Source: Octopus sinensis
Lineage: Eukaryota
NCBI RefSeq assembly: GCF_006345805.1
Contig: NC_043024.1
Span: 2,356,001 to 2,420,000, forward strand
Direction: 5' to 3'
Length of the DNA stretch: 64,000 nucleotides
The position numbers and the translations under genes were made by a program. The notes under the pieces were generated by a model. It had not been told where the DNA came from and ran no database searches. It worked only from the letters and a program-made list of their open reading frames with translations. Below, piece after piece: positions 35,493-47,524 of this stretch. Position 1 is the first letter of the stretch. Every line of letters begins with the position of its first letter.

Positions 35493-35761
35493 TATTTCTT
35501 TACTACCCACAAGGGGCTAAACACAGAGTGGGGACAAACAAGGACAGACAAGCGGATTAAGTCAATTACGTCGACCCCAGTGTGTAACTGGGTCTCAATT
35601 TATTGACCCCGAAAGGATGAAAGGCAAAGTTGACCTCGGCGGAATTTGAACTCAGAAGTAAAGACAGACGAAATACCTATTTCCTTACTATCCACAAGGG
35701 GCAGATGAAATACGGCTATGCATTTCACCCGGTGTGCCAACGTTTCTGCCAGCTTGCCGCC
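35493..35761 (-). mobile_element. SINE family A just after the ZF8 stop
   Basis: 18-bp TSD TTGTAATCTAAACCTATA at 35475-35492 / 35762-35779. Confidence 0.85.
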
Positions 35762-36670
35762 TTGTAATCTAAACCTATAATGTGTCCACAAATATTCAAT
35801 GGTGAACATGTGTGCATAAAATGCCAGAAATCACTTTCTTTTTGAATTCGTATTATGTAGGCCCACAAATATGTTCTTTGAAAGAAAATCATTTTCATTT
35901 AGGGTCTGTTTTCCATGCTAGCACGGGTAAGACAGTTTAACTGGAGCTGGTAAGCCGGAGAGTTGCACCAGGCTCCAGTCTGTTTTGGCATGGTTTCGAC
36001 AGCTGGACGCCAACCTATTTCTTTACTACCCACAAGGGGCTAAACACAGAGAGGACAAACAAGGACAGACACACGGATTAAGTCGATTACATCGACCCCA
36101 GTGCGTAACTGGTACTTATTTAATCGACCCCGAAAGGATGAAAGGCAAAGTCGACCTCGGCGGAATTTGAACTCAGAAGTAAAGACAGACGAAATACCTA
36201 TTTCCTTACTATCCACAAGGGGCAGATGAAATACGGCTATGCATTTCACCCGGTGTGCCAACGTTTCTGCCAGCTTGCCGCCTTGTAATCTAAACCTATA
36301 ATGTGTCCACAAATATTCAATGGTGAACATGTGTGCATAAAATGCCAGAAATCACTTTCTTTTTGAATTCGTATTATGTAGGCCCACAAATATGTTCTTT
36401 GAAAGAAAATCATTTTCATTTAGGGTCTGTTTTCCATGCTAGCACGGGTAAGACAGTTTAACTGGAGCTGGTAAGCCGGAGAGTTGCACCAGGCTCCAGT
36501 CTGTTTTGGCATGGTTTCGACAGCTGGACGCCAACCTATTTCTTTACTACCCACAAGGGGCTAAACACAGAGAGGACAAACAAGGACAGACACACGGATT
36601 AAGTCGATTACATCGACCCCAGTGCGTAACTGGTACTTATTTAATCGACCCCGAAAGGATGAAAGGCAAA
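35632..36670. repeat. 521-bp tandem duplication
   Basis: Identical ORF-track peptides at 35985 and 36506; sequence repeats at a +521 offset. Confidence 0.9.
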
Positions 36671-37118
36671 GTCGACCTCGGTGGAATTTGAACTCAGAAT
36701 GTAACGGCAAACGAAATACCTATTTCTTTACTACCCACAAGGGGCTAAACACAGAGGGGACAAACAAGGACAGACACACAGATTAAGTCGATTACATCAA
36801 CCCCAGTGCGTAACTGGTACTTATTTAATCGACCCCGAAAAGATGAAAGGCAAAGTCGACCTCGGTGGAATTTGAACTCAGAACGTAACAGCAGACGAAA
36901 TACCTATTTCTTTACTACCCACAAGGGGCTAAACACAGAGAGGACAAACAAGGACAGACACACGGATTAAGTCGATTACATCGACCCCAGTGCGTAACTG
37001 GTACTTATTTAATCGACCCCGAAAGGATGAAAGGCAAAGTCGACCTCGGCGGAATTTGAACTCACAACATAAGGGCAGACGAAATACTGCTAAGCATTTT
37101 GCCCGGTGTGCTAACAAT
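36016..37118 (-). mobile_element. SINE family A copies and tandem units, partly within a 521-bp duplication
   Basis: Repeated TTTCTTTACTACCCACAAGGGGCTAAACAC..GAACTCAG units. Confidence 0.8.
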
Positions 37119-38084
37119 TCTGTTAACCATTCTACAAAGTGTACTGGGTGTCTTTTACATCTTGAACTAGGAAATCATTTGTGAACTAATGGAGTTCTTT
37201 GACAAGTGAATATACCAAACATTGGAAATCTTTTTTGTGAAGCAGGCTGCACGAGATGCAACTCATTGTAAGGTGGGCCACACTACTAAAACAAATTCAA
37301 GACCAGTTTTCATTAGGGGTGCCATTCAGAAAGTTTTCCAGGTTGCCCATGACTGGAATACACATTAGATAAAATCTATATCAAAGTGAAATATGTGGGA
37401 TATAATTGGATTAATTAAATCTTCATTTGTAATTCATAGCTGAACACAGACAGAAGAACCCTTTCACTGTGGAATATGCTATCATCATTCTCTAAATTCT
37501 AGTATTGTTGTCCAAGAATATTCCTTGGAGAAAGATCATTCACTGTTTGTCTCAAAGACACAAAGTTAAAAAAATGGCTTTATAAATTTGAAACGAGGGG
37601 GAAATTAATTCTGTTGAAAATGTTTGAATTTAAGTAAAATATACACCGGTGAAAAACATTACTGAAATGATTTGTTAAAAAGATGGTTCATAAACAGAAA
37701 TATGAGAAATTTATGTAAAATATTACCTCTAAAATTTACAACAAAATGTTCAAATAATTTACATATAAATTGAAATATTTTTTTATAATAATTGTATACA
37801 TTTTAAATTAAAATGTTTAAGCTATGCTTGTTAATGTTATTTTCTGAACAATAAATATCTTTCTCAATATCTCGTTAGCATTCCGATTATTCTGTTAAAT
37901 CTATTGCTTATTTATTCACATTGTTTTGAATTAATTATGCTTTACAGTTCTATATTTAAGAGATGAGGAATTATGTACATTATTTATATGGGCATATGGC
38001 ACAGTGGTTAAGAGCGCAGGCTATTAAAACCAAGATTCCAAGTTCGATTCCAGGCAGTGACCTGAATAATGATGACAACTGGTA

Positions 38085-38482
38085 CTTAATTTATCGACCC
38101 CGAAAGGATGAAAGACAAAGTTGACCTCGGTGGAAAGTCTTATAATATTCTTTTTCTACTCTAGGCACAAGGCCCGAAATTTTGGGGAAGGGGGTCAGTC
38201 GATTAGATCAACCCCAAAAGGATGAAAGGCCTTGGTGGAATTTGAACTCAGAATGTAAAGACAGACGAAATACCTATTTCTTTACTACACACAGAGGGGA
38301 CAAACAAGGATAGACAAACGGATTAAGTCGATTATATCAACCCCAGTGTGTAACTGGTACTTATTTAACCGACCCCGAAAGGATGAAATGCAAAGTCGAC
38401 CTTGGCGGAATTTGAACTCAGAACGTAAAGACAGATGAAATACTGCTGAGCACTTCACCCGGTGTGCTAACGTTTCTGCCAG
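38085..38482 (-). mobile_element. SINE family A
   Basis: Same units, with the head at the right end. Confidence 0.75.
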
Positions 38483-40332
38483 CTCGCCGCCTTTGAAATG
38501 CCATATGAAATGCTGCTAAGCATTTTGCCTGGCATGCTAATGATTCAGTTGGAAATGACCAATTGTTGTGTGCTCTGTGTATGTGCCAATGTTGCCGGAA
38601 TGAATTATTGGTTAATTTTTATTGCAAACTGGTCATTTAGTGACTTATATAACAAGTAAATCAATCGAAAAAACTATTGATAAATTTCAAAACACCACTA
38701 GAGTGAAGCTTTCCAAAATGCATCCACCTGAAAGAAAATGCATTATAATAGATATACCAAGATTTGAAACAGTAACAAAAATACGGTAAAACCGAGGTAC
38801 ACCTGGTAGGAGAGAGGGTGAGGTACGAAACCCTGCCCCCGGTGATAAAATAGGAGGAATAGGTCCTTATTTTACAGACTAAATAAGATTTGTTTTGATA
38901 ATATAACAGATAATGAACAGTAAAAACGCTTGAGGGTGGGGCTCAAGCAAGGACGTCCATCCTCGTTGTATATATATTCATTTTCATTCTATGACCGTTG
39001 CCTGACTGGCCCTCGTGCTGGTGGCACATAAAAGCACCCACTACACTCTCGGAGTGGTTGGCGTTAGGAAGAGCATCCAGCTGTAGAAACTCTGCCAGAT
39101 CAAGATTGGAGCCTGGTGCAGCCATCTGGTTCGCCAGTCCTCAGTCAAATCGTCCAACCCATGCTAGCATGGAAAGTGGACGTTAAACGATGATGATGAT
39201 GTCCCCACGTATACTGTCTTTGTCCTTGTACCATCCCATCTGTGTTTCAGGCCTCGTGCCAAATAAAGAATTCAATTATTGGTTAATTTGTGGAAAGCTG
39301 TGTATAATAATTTAATAACACCAAGGAAACATTTAAACAGGATTTATTATCACCTCACATCCAACCCATGCTAGCATGGAAAACGGACGTTAAACGATGA
39401 TGATGATGATGTGTCTTATGAAGTTGGTCCTGCGTGACAAATAAGCAGGTAGAGTCAACAAGATGAAAGAAATATGATACAACACGCAAAGAAGCTGGAT
39501 ATCAAAATTTACCACAGGATTAAATAAAAGGAATATATATGTATGTGTGTGTGTATGTATGTATACATGCATGTATGCATGCGTGCGTGTGTGTGTATGT
39601 ATGCATGCATGTATGTGTGTGTATGGATGGATGTATGTATACACATGCGTCGCTTCATTTCTGACACCATAATTTGCATATCGGTTGAAGCATGCAGTTG
39701 TTAAAACGATTTGGCGAGACGTCTGCAACACTCTGCGAATTGGTGCCTAAAAAACCAATTCCATAACGGTTGGCAGGAAAAGTTAAACGTTGTTGTTTCC
39801 TATTAGATTAGCAACGATCGCTCAGAGCTAAGATGAAAAGCATTTTCAACCGCATCAATCTAATTTTTGTATACAAAGGACGACACTGTCGAACGTCTCT
39901 TTTCTAAGGCAAAAAGGGTCTGGTTTGAGGAGAATTGACTGTTATTTCATGCTGGTCGAGTGACCACACTGAGGCTCTTTCGTTGATACGTTATTGTCAG
40001 TTTGCTGGGTGATGGTCATTTTGCTTTACCAAGAATTGGGATACACTTGAAAGACCAAATTCATATCATCGAAGGGCCTTTTATGAATGTCTGAAATTAA
40101 GTAAAGGGACCATTTATTTATATCACCGTTGTACATAAGGTACCGACATTCCCTTATTGTGTTGAGTTTGGCTGATTTAATTACGAATTGCAGTAATTAT
40201 ATCATGCTATGATAAACGTAACATTGTGGATAACACAGGGATGACTTATATGTTAAATTGTTGGTGTTCTATCTCTGCCTAATTCTATATCTCCTTATAT
40301 CACAAACTACGTTACATCCTAAATTTAAGGAA

Positions 40333-40376
40333 GGGACAATATTACAAGCAGCACCGCGAACTTGCTATTGTAATTA
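40333..40376 (+). promoter_or_regulatory. Partial upstream module of ZF9
   Basis: GGGACAATATT .. CACCGCG .. CTATTGTAATTAG; only the distal motifs are recognisable. Confidence 0.4.
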
Positions 40377-40507
40377 GTTTTAGCTAAATTAATTACGGCA
40401 TGTAAACAAAGTCCCATGAGGCGATCCTTCGGTATAGGTACCTGAAACCATTGTAGATCATAGCAACTGACGTTTCTACAGCTTTTAAGAATTCCTGGTT
40501 AATTAAC

Positions 40508-41461
40508 ATGGGAGACGTTGATCACTTGGATTCTTCTAATTACACGGTTATTAACGATGGAAGTCTAATTACACAGAGATATAACGGTGAGAAACCTTTT
40601 TGTGGCGAAATATTTACCGAAAAAATAAATATTGATGAATATCGTTGCGATGTTTGTGGTAAAACATTCGCATCAGATGAGGAATTGTTCGCACACACAG
40701 GTTTACACAAAGCAGGGAATATATATCACTGTGATATTTGCGGGAAACCTTTTATCTCTGAAAGCAATTTAGGGAGACACAAACGTAGACACACGGGAGA
40801 AAAATCGTTCCATTGCAAAATCTGCGGCAAATCTTTCTTCCAGAATTCCAACCTTGTTATCCACGTACGTAGCCATACAGGAGAGAAACCGTTTCACTGT
40901 GAAATATGCGATAAGTCGTTTGTTGCTAATGGTAACTTAACAGCACACAGGTTAATTCACACGGGAGAAAAGCCTTACCATTGCGAGGTGTGTGGTAAAT
41001 CTTTCAGTAATAATTCGAATCTTATTACCCACATTCGTAGCCACACCGGGGAAAAGCCTTACCACTGTAAAACGTGTGGGAAATTCTTTGTGTCTAACAG
41101 TGTCTTAACAAAGCATAGACGAATCCATACAGGAGAAAAACCCTATCGTTGCGAAGCTTGTGGAAAGTCATTTATCAAAAACGATGATTTAAGTAGACAC
41201 AAATTGATCCACACGGGAGTGAAACGGTTTCGTTGCGAAATCTGCGGTAAATCTTTCACTCAGAATTCTAGTCTTGTTATCCATATACGGAGGCACACTG
41301 GCGAACGACCCTATCGCTGTGAGATGTGTGAGAAATCGTTCGTCACTGGCGATTATTTGAACAGACACAAACGTATACATAGCAGAAGAAGTCTTTCGAT
41401 TGTGAAACGTGAGAAATTCTCTTGCAACCTAAAGTTACAGTCCCCCACACAACACACATAA
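40508..41461 (+). CDS. ZF9: C2H2 zinc-finger protein, 9 fingers, frameshifted C-terminal tail
   Basis: 317-aa ORF, N-terminus [11 protein letters not shown] identical to ZF4. Ancestral ..KSFDCET* survives in the -1 frame, ending at 41412. Confidence 0.92.
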   Translation: MGDVDHLDSSNYTVINDGSLITQRYNGEKPFCGEIFTEKINIDEYRCDVCGKTFASDEELFAHTGLHKAGNIYHCDICGKPFISESNLGRHKRRHTGEKSFHCKICGKSFFQNSNLVIHVRSHTGEKPFHCEICDKSFVANGNLTAHRLIHTGEKPYHCEVCGKSFSNNSNLITHIRSHTGEKPYHCKTCGKFFVSNSVLTKHRRIHTGEKPYRCEACGKSFIKNDDLSRHKLIHTGVKRFRCEICGKSFTQNSSLVIHIRRHTGERPYRCEMCEKSFVTGDYLNRHKRIHSRRSLSIVKREKFSCNLKLQSPTQHT

Positions 41462-41484
41462 GAAGTACACTGAAGAATATTTAT

Positions 41485-42150
41485 CTGTTTCTTTACTACC
41501 CACAAGGGGCTAAATACAGAGTGGGGACAAACAAGGACAGACAAACCGATTAAGTCTATTACATCGACCCCAGAATGCAACTGGTACTTTATTTATCGAC
41601 CCAGAAAGGATGAAAGGCAAAGTCGACCTCGGCGGAATTTGAACTCAGAATGTAGCGGCAGACGAAATACCTATTTCTTTACTACCCACAAGGGGCTAAA
41701 CACAGAGAGGAGACAAACAAGGACAGACAAAGGGATTAAGTCGATTACATCGATCCCAGTGCGTCACTGATACTTAATTTATCGACCTCGAAAGGATGAA
41801 AGGCAAAGTTGACCGGCAGAATTTGAACTCAGAATGTAGCAGCAGACGAAATACCTATTTTTATTTCTTTACTACCCAGAAGAGGCTAAACACAGAGGGG
41901 ACAGACAAGGACAGATGAAAGGATTAAGTCGTTTATATTGGCTCCAGTGCGAAACTGGTACTTAATTTATCGACTCCGAAAGGATGAACGGCAAAGTTGA
42001 ACCCGGCAGAATTTGAACTCAGAACATAAAGACAGACGAAATACCTATTTCTTTACTACCCACAAGGGGCTAAACACAGAGAGGAGACAAACAAGGACAG
42101 ACAAACGGATTAAGTCGATTACATCGACCCCCCAGTGCCTAACACGAACT
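41485..42150 (-). mobile_element. SINE family A, about 4 tandem units just after the ZF9 stop
   Basis: Unit repeats; candidate TSD AATATTTAT at 41476-41484 / 42151-42159. Confidence 0.8.
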
Positions 42151-42465
42151 AATATTTATTGGAAGAAACTGTTATTTAGACGATTGTTTTGAAAACATTC
42201 TCAATAAACTGAAGCGAAAAGAAATTATGAAATTTATGTAAAAATTTTTGAGAAAATATATTTTTTTAAAATTAAAATATAATCTGAGTTGATTAAATTA
42301 TTTTTTTTACAAAATTGACTCATCACCAAAACACTGCCACAAAATATTATTCAATATCTTTAAGTGACATACAACACAAAAAAAAATTAATTACACTCCA
42401 TCATAATGAAATAATTAGCAAGTGTTCTCTCTAGGTTTGTGTGTTAAGAATTGAATGTATACTCT

Positions 42466-42798
42466 TACTCTTTTACTTGTTTCAGTCATTTTGACTGCGG
42501 CCATGCTGGAGCACCACCTTTAATCGAGCAAATCGACCCCGGGACTTATTCTTTGTAAGGCCAGTACTTATTCTATCGGTCTCTTTTGCCGAACCGCTAT
42601 GTGACGGGGACGCAAACACACCAGCATCACACATACATACATATATATATACGACAGGCTTACAAATCCACTTACAAGACATTGGTCGGCCCGGGGCTAT
42701 AGCAGAAGACGCTTGCCCAAGATGCCACGCAGTGGGACTGAACCCGGAACCATGTGGTTGGTAAACAAGCTACTTACCACACAGCCACTCCTGCGCCT
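42466..42798 (-). mobile_element. SINE family B (head AGGCGCAGGAGTGGCTGTGTGGTAAG, internal microsatellite, tail ..GTAAAAGAGTA)
   Basis: Further copies or fragments at ~7822-8015, 15205-15420, 28570-28785, 29215-29420 (+), 43905-44229, 45950-46660, 54830-54905 and 61655-61915. Confidence 0.8.
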
Positions 42799-43797
42799 AT
42801 ATTACTGTATATTACTTTCAATAATAATAATCCTTTTTACTGAAGGCACAAAGCCTTGAAATTTTTGTGGGGAGGGAACTAGTCGATTACATTGGCCTCA
42901 GTATTTCACTGGTACTTAATTCATTGACCCTGAAAGGATGAAAGGCAAAGTTGACCTTAGCAGAATCTGAACTCAAAACATAGCAAACGAAATACCACAT
43001 TTCGCCCAGCGTGCTAACGATTCTGCCAGCTCGCCACCTTAATAATAATAATAAATAAATGCGCCCTTTTAAAGCCTAGCCAGGCTCATGGGCCCACTTT
43101 CCCTGTTTCTATGGCGTATGTGTTCCGAAGCTGGACGGGACGCCAGTCCATCGCAGCGTTACTCCTTTTTGCCAGCTGAGTGGACTGGAGCAACATGAAA
43201 TGAAGTGTTTTGCTCAAGAACACAACGCGTTGCCCGGTCCAGGAATCGAAACCACAATCTTACGATCATGGTGCTGGCACTCTAACCACTAAGCCACGCG
43301 CCTCCACTCAATAATAGTTATCACCTCTCTATATTGACCTGCTGGTCAATAAACTACATTTAGAAAAATGTAGAAATAAACAATTATTATCATCAACGTC
43401 ATTTAATGTCTGTTTTCCATGCTGGCGTGGGTTGAACAGTTTGACAGGAGCTGGCAAATCGGAAGTTAATATAAATGTAGCTTTGAGGTACAGGTGTGGC
43501 TGAGAAACTTGCTGAAGAGCTGTTAGTTAAAGGTACACTCCAGGTCACGTTTGCTTGTATCACAATAGCTAATTCTTGTAGCCATCTCCACTACCACAAC
43601 TAGAAGCATTATCACCAACACTACTATTGTTTACTATGACCGCAACCACTACACCGACACTACACCCTCACCTATTGGTTACAACTACCAAATCAATCAC
43701 TATCGCTATTATCTAGCACTGCCATCACCACCACAACCATCGCCATCACCACCTTTGCCTACTACAACTGCCACCACCTTCACCACTACAACTATCC

Positions 43798-44548
43798 GGT
43801 ACTACTTAAGAAGAGTGGTCCCGGAGCGCGCACTCGATCCTTACTTTGTGTTTTTGTATTATTTACTTTGTTTTAAAAAAATTATTTACTTTTTTAAATT
43901 TTTTTTTTACTTGTTTCAGTCATTTGGCTGCGGCCATGCTGGAGCACCGCCTTTAATCGAGCAAATCGACCCCGGGACTTATTCTTTGTAAGCCCAGTAC
44001 TTATTCTATCGGTCTCTTTTGCCGAACCGCTAAGTAACGGGGACGTAAACACACACACATATATACAACAGGCTTCTTTCAGTTTCCATCTATCAAATCC
44101 ACTCACTAGGCTTTGGTCGGCCCGAGGTTATAGTAGACGACACTTGCCCAAGATACCGTGCAGTGGGACTGAACCCGGAACCATGTGGTTGGTAAGCAAG
44201 CTACTTACCACACAGCCACTCCTGCGCCTACTTTGTGTAAAAAAAAAATTGTTGACGTAACTTCGGTATAAGTACCGGTGTAAATACCGGATATATTTCA
44301 AGAAAGTGTTTTTTTTATATATATGAGGGAGGGAGTAGGGATGGGGGGGGAGAAAAGGGTTTCTGTTATCTTCAGAAATGTAAACAAAGTCACGCGTGTA
44401 TCTATACCGAAGGATCGCCACATTATCTATTTTGTGTATTATTTACTTTGCTAGGTAGTCGTTGTAGGATCGACTAGTCACGACTAGCTAGCGCTGATGC
44501 GCGAGCACGCGAGTGCACGCACCGGGACCACTCTTCTTAAATAGTACT
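43798..44548. mobile_element. MITE family M3 (TIR GGTACTAC..AGTGGTCCCGG..) with nested SINE B and M2
   Basis: 9-bp TSD CAACTATCC at 43789-43797 / 44549-44557. Uninterrupted copy at 1967-2178 with ~70-bp arms; left end at 53867-54000. Confidence 0.8.
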
Positions 44549-44687
44549 CAACTATCCCCACCTCGATTGTTGAACACGATGATAACTCCCACCGCCAAAT
44601 CCACCACGACCACCACCACCAAGAAGAAAAGGCGACGTCGGCGGGAGCGACATTTACGAAAACTCATTTGAATTATCCAGATGGCAA

Positions 44688-44947
44688 GTAACCATGGCAA
44701 TCCTTTTTCTCTCCTTTAAATCTTTCAGTCAACGGACCGCGGCCATGCTGTAACAACATCTCCAAGTTGTTTACAGTATTGTTATGACAACAACACGTTT
44801 TCTGCTTTCATTAATTAGAGAGGGCAAGTCACGTGACGTGACACAGCTTTCACTTCCGGATTCTGTGACATTTGATCAACGTCGGATCTAATTCAAAAAT
44901 GTGATTTCGCAATAAATATCGATCTATTTCAACCACGACAGGTAAGA
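44688..44947 (+). promoter_or_regulatory. Putative promoter and non-coding first exon of the gap gene
   Basis: X-box-like GTAACCATGGCAAT 44688, GTCACGTGAC 44828, ACTTCCGG 44852, donor CAG|GTAAGA 44942. Confidence 0.5.
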
Positions 44948-46139
44948 TATGATACACATTGAACACCAATACAAAAGAAGCCGCTTATTACCATCGCAGA
45001 TCATCTCATCGACCGCTTACTGTAATCAATTTCAGCAGGTTTCCAAACTTATTCGTTTCACAGATGCTTTTTTTCCAAAACAGCCTCCAGTGTTTATAAT
45101 TAGAATTTAATTAAAAGTTGGGGATCTTTTCGCTTTGAACGGCAGATTTAAAAAATAATTTCCACATAACTAAACACTTTTAAACTTCGTATACTGGTAG
45201 AATGTGTTTATAAAACATCTTTTTCTCTTGGCTTTATTGAGAAAATTCTATAGTTTGTAAGATATTTGTTGTTTTTTTTTTCTTCAATTTCTGCAATTTC
45301 AACCAATCACTGGCGTCTATTGAGGTAAAAAAAAAAACATTCTGTGCCGTATGAATATATCGCTCGTTTAAAAAACAGATTGGGTTTATTTACATTTCTG
45401 AAGAAAAAAAAGATACCCTTTCCCCCACCCCTAACACTAAAACAGATTGAAATGCAATAGATCGATACTAGGATCATAATTATGGGTGACAATTTCATAT
45501 GTAAGATATTTGTTGTTTTTTTTTCCTTCAATTTCTGCAATTTCAACCAATCAATGACGTCTATTGAGGTAAAAAACAACATTCTGTGCCGTATGAATAT
45601 GTCGCTCGTTTAAGAAACAGATTGGGTTTATTTACATTTGTGAAGAAAAAAAAAGATACCCTTCCCCCACCCCTAACCCTAAAACAGATCGAAATGCAAT
45701 AGATCGATACTAGGGTGATAATTATGGGTTACAATTTCATATGACACCGCTAGAAAAAACTGCCGGTCAAACCGAAAAGATCCCAAAGTGGTATGTAATC
45801 ATGAATATGTGTATATTTTATGTCGCCAAATAATACCAAAGTAAACTTTATTGATCGGTCTTTTCCATACAATTCCTGGGAATTCATATTCAGCGGGGGT
45901 TTGAAGACCTTTGTTATAATCGGCTTTTCTGAGTATACACCTCTTTTTACTCTTTTACTTGTTTCAGTCATTTGACTGGCCATGCTGCAGCATCGCCTTT
46001 AGTCGAGCAAATCGACCCCGGGACTTATTCTTTGTAAGCCTAGTACTTATTTTATCGGTCTCTCTTTTGCCGAACCGCTAAGTTACGGGAACGTAAACAC
46101 ACCAGCATCAGTTGTCAAGCGATGTTGGGGGGACAAACA

Positions 46140-46380
46140 CACACACATGCCAGCCTCGTCTGGCACCTGTGTCGGTGGCACATAAAAAACACCATCCGAG
46201 CGTGGCCGTCTGCCAGCCTCGTCTGGCACCTGTGTCGGTGGCACATAAAAAACACCATCCGAGCGTGGCCGTCTGCCAGCCTCGTCTGGTACCTGTGTCG
46301 GTGGCACATAAAAAACACCATCCGAGCGTGGCCGTTCGCCAGCCTCGTCTGGCACCTGTGTTGGTGGCACATAAAATCAC
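46140..46380. repeat. 57-bp tandem repeat (~4 units) within an RTE 3'-UTR fragment
   Basis: GCCAGCCTCGTCTGGCACCTGTGTCGGTGGCACATAAAAAACACCATCCGAGCGTGG units. Confidence 0.85.
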
Positions 46381-47391
46381 CCACTACACTCTCGGAGTGG
46401 TTGGTGTTAGGAAGGGCATCCAGCTGTAGAAACACTGCCAGATCTGACTGGCCTGGTGCAGCCTTCGGGCTCCCGAGACCCCAGTTGAACCGTCCAACCC
46501 ATGCTAGCATGGAAAGCGGACGTTAAACGATGATGATGATATATATATACATATACATATATACGACGGGCTTCTTTCAGTTTCCGTCTACCAAATCCAC
46601 TCACAAGGCTTTGGTCGGCCCGAGGCTATAGTAGAAGACACTTGCCCAAGGTGCCAGCAAAAATGAGTTGTGCCTTCAATTGAAAGGGCCATCCTCATCA
46701 CACTGTATCTCTGTAGAAGTACGTTAAGGGTCCACTTGCTTGTTGATTTCACAAGCAGGCTGTCCCCTTCATCGGATCAACTCGAACACTCGTCTTCACA
46801 ACCGACAGAGAACCAGTTGTTATGAAAATGTTGAATCTTGACATTTTAAATATTTTCTGTGTCTTATACAAACTTCTCTACTTTTCAGAATCTCAGAAGA
46901 CATCCCTGTAAAAGAAATCACACCAGAAACATCATCAAGGGACATGCTCCATGGAAGAGATAATCCTGGATATATAAACCTGCAATAGATTTACTGAGAA
47001 ATGCTTTTTTCTGTATGAGATTATCAGTAACAATTCTCTACTCTGCTGTCTGGAATATGTTTCAGATGAATTTACATTCTAAGTAAACTCGGATGACAGA
47101 GTGGTCCGTGGCATCTTCGGAAATTGACGAAGATCACTGTTGATGTAAAGATGGCAATTTGTTATGAATGAAGTATTGGCGTTAGGAAGGGCATCCAGCT
47201 GTAGAAACACTGCCAGATCAGACTGGGCCTGGTGCAGCCTTCTGGCTTCCCAGACCCCAGTTGAACTGTCCAACCCATGCTAGCATGGAAAGCGGACGCT
47301 AAATGACGATGATGATGATGATGATGAAGTAATGAAACAAAATGAAGAAAAACATCCGTGTATTGTGGTGAGGGAAGAGAAAAAAAGAATT

Positions 47392-47424
47392 ATGGAAAAT
47401 AAATTACGTGAGAATAAATTGAAA
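47392..47424 (+). CDS. Start of a probable 11th ZF gene (subfamily B) truncated by the assembly gap
   Basis: ATGGAAAATAAATTACGTGAGAAT (MENKLREN) and its leader GAAAAACAT..TTGTGGTGAG..GAGAAAAA match the ZF10 start ATGGAAAATGAATTACGTGATAAT (MENELRDN). Ns begin at 47425. Confidence 0.7.
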
Positions 47425-47524
47425 NNNNNNNNNNNNNNNNNNNNNNNNNNNNNNNNNNNNNNNNNNNNNNNNNNNNNNNNNNNNNNNNNNNNNNNNNNNN
47501 NNNNNNNNNNNNNNNNNNNNNNNN
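47425..47524. other. Assembly gap (100 N, true size unknown)
   Basis: Run of N. Confidence 1.

Noticed and set aside
39672-39679. Octamer ATTTGCAT in a CpG-richer patch upstream of ZF9
   Set aside because: Single 8-mer not seen upstream of the other paralogs; expected by chance in AT-rich DNA.
46140-46380. CRISPR-like regular repeats (57-bp units; also the ~180-bp SINE units)
   Set aside because: Contiguous tandem units with no unique spacers, no cas genes, and a eukaryotic TE context.
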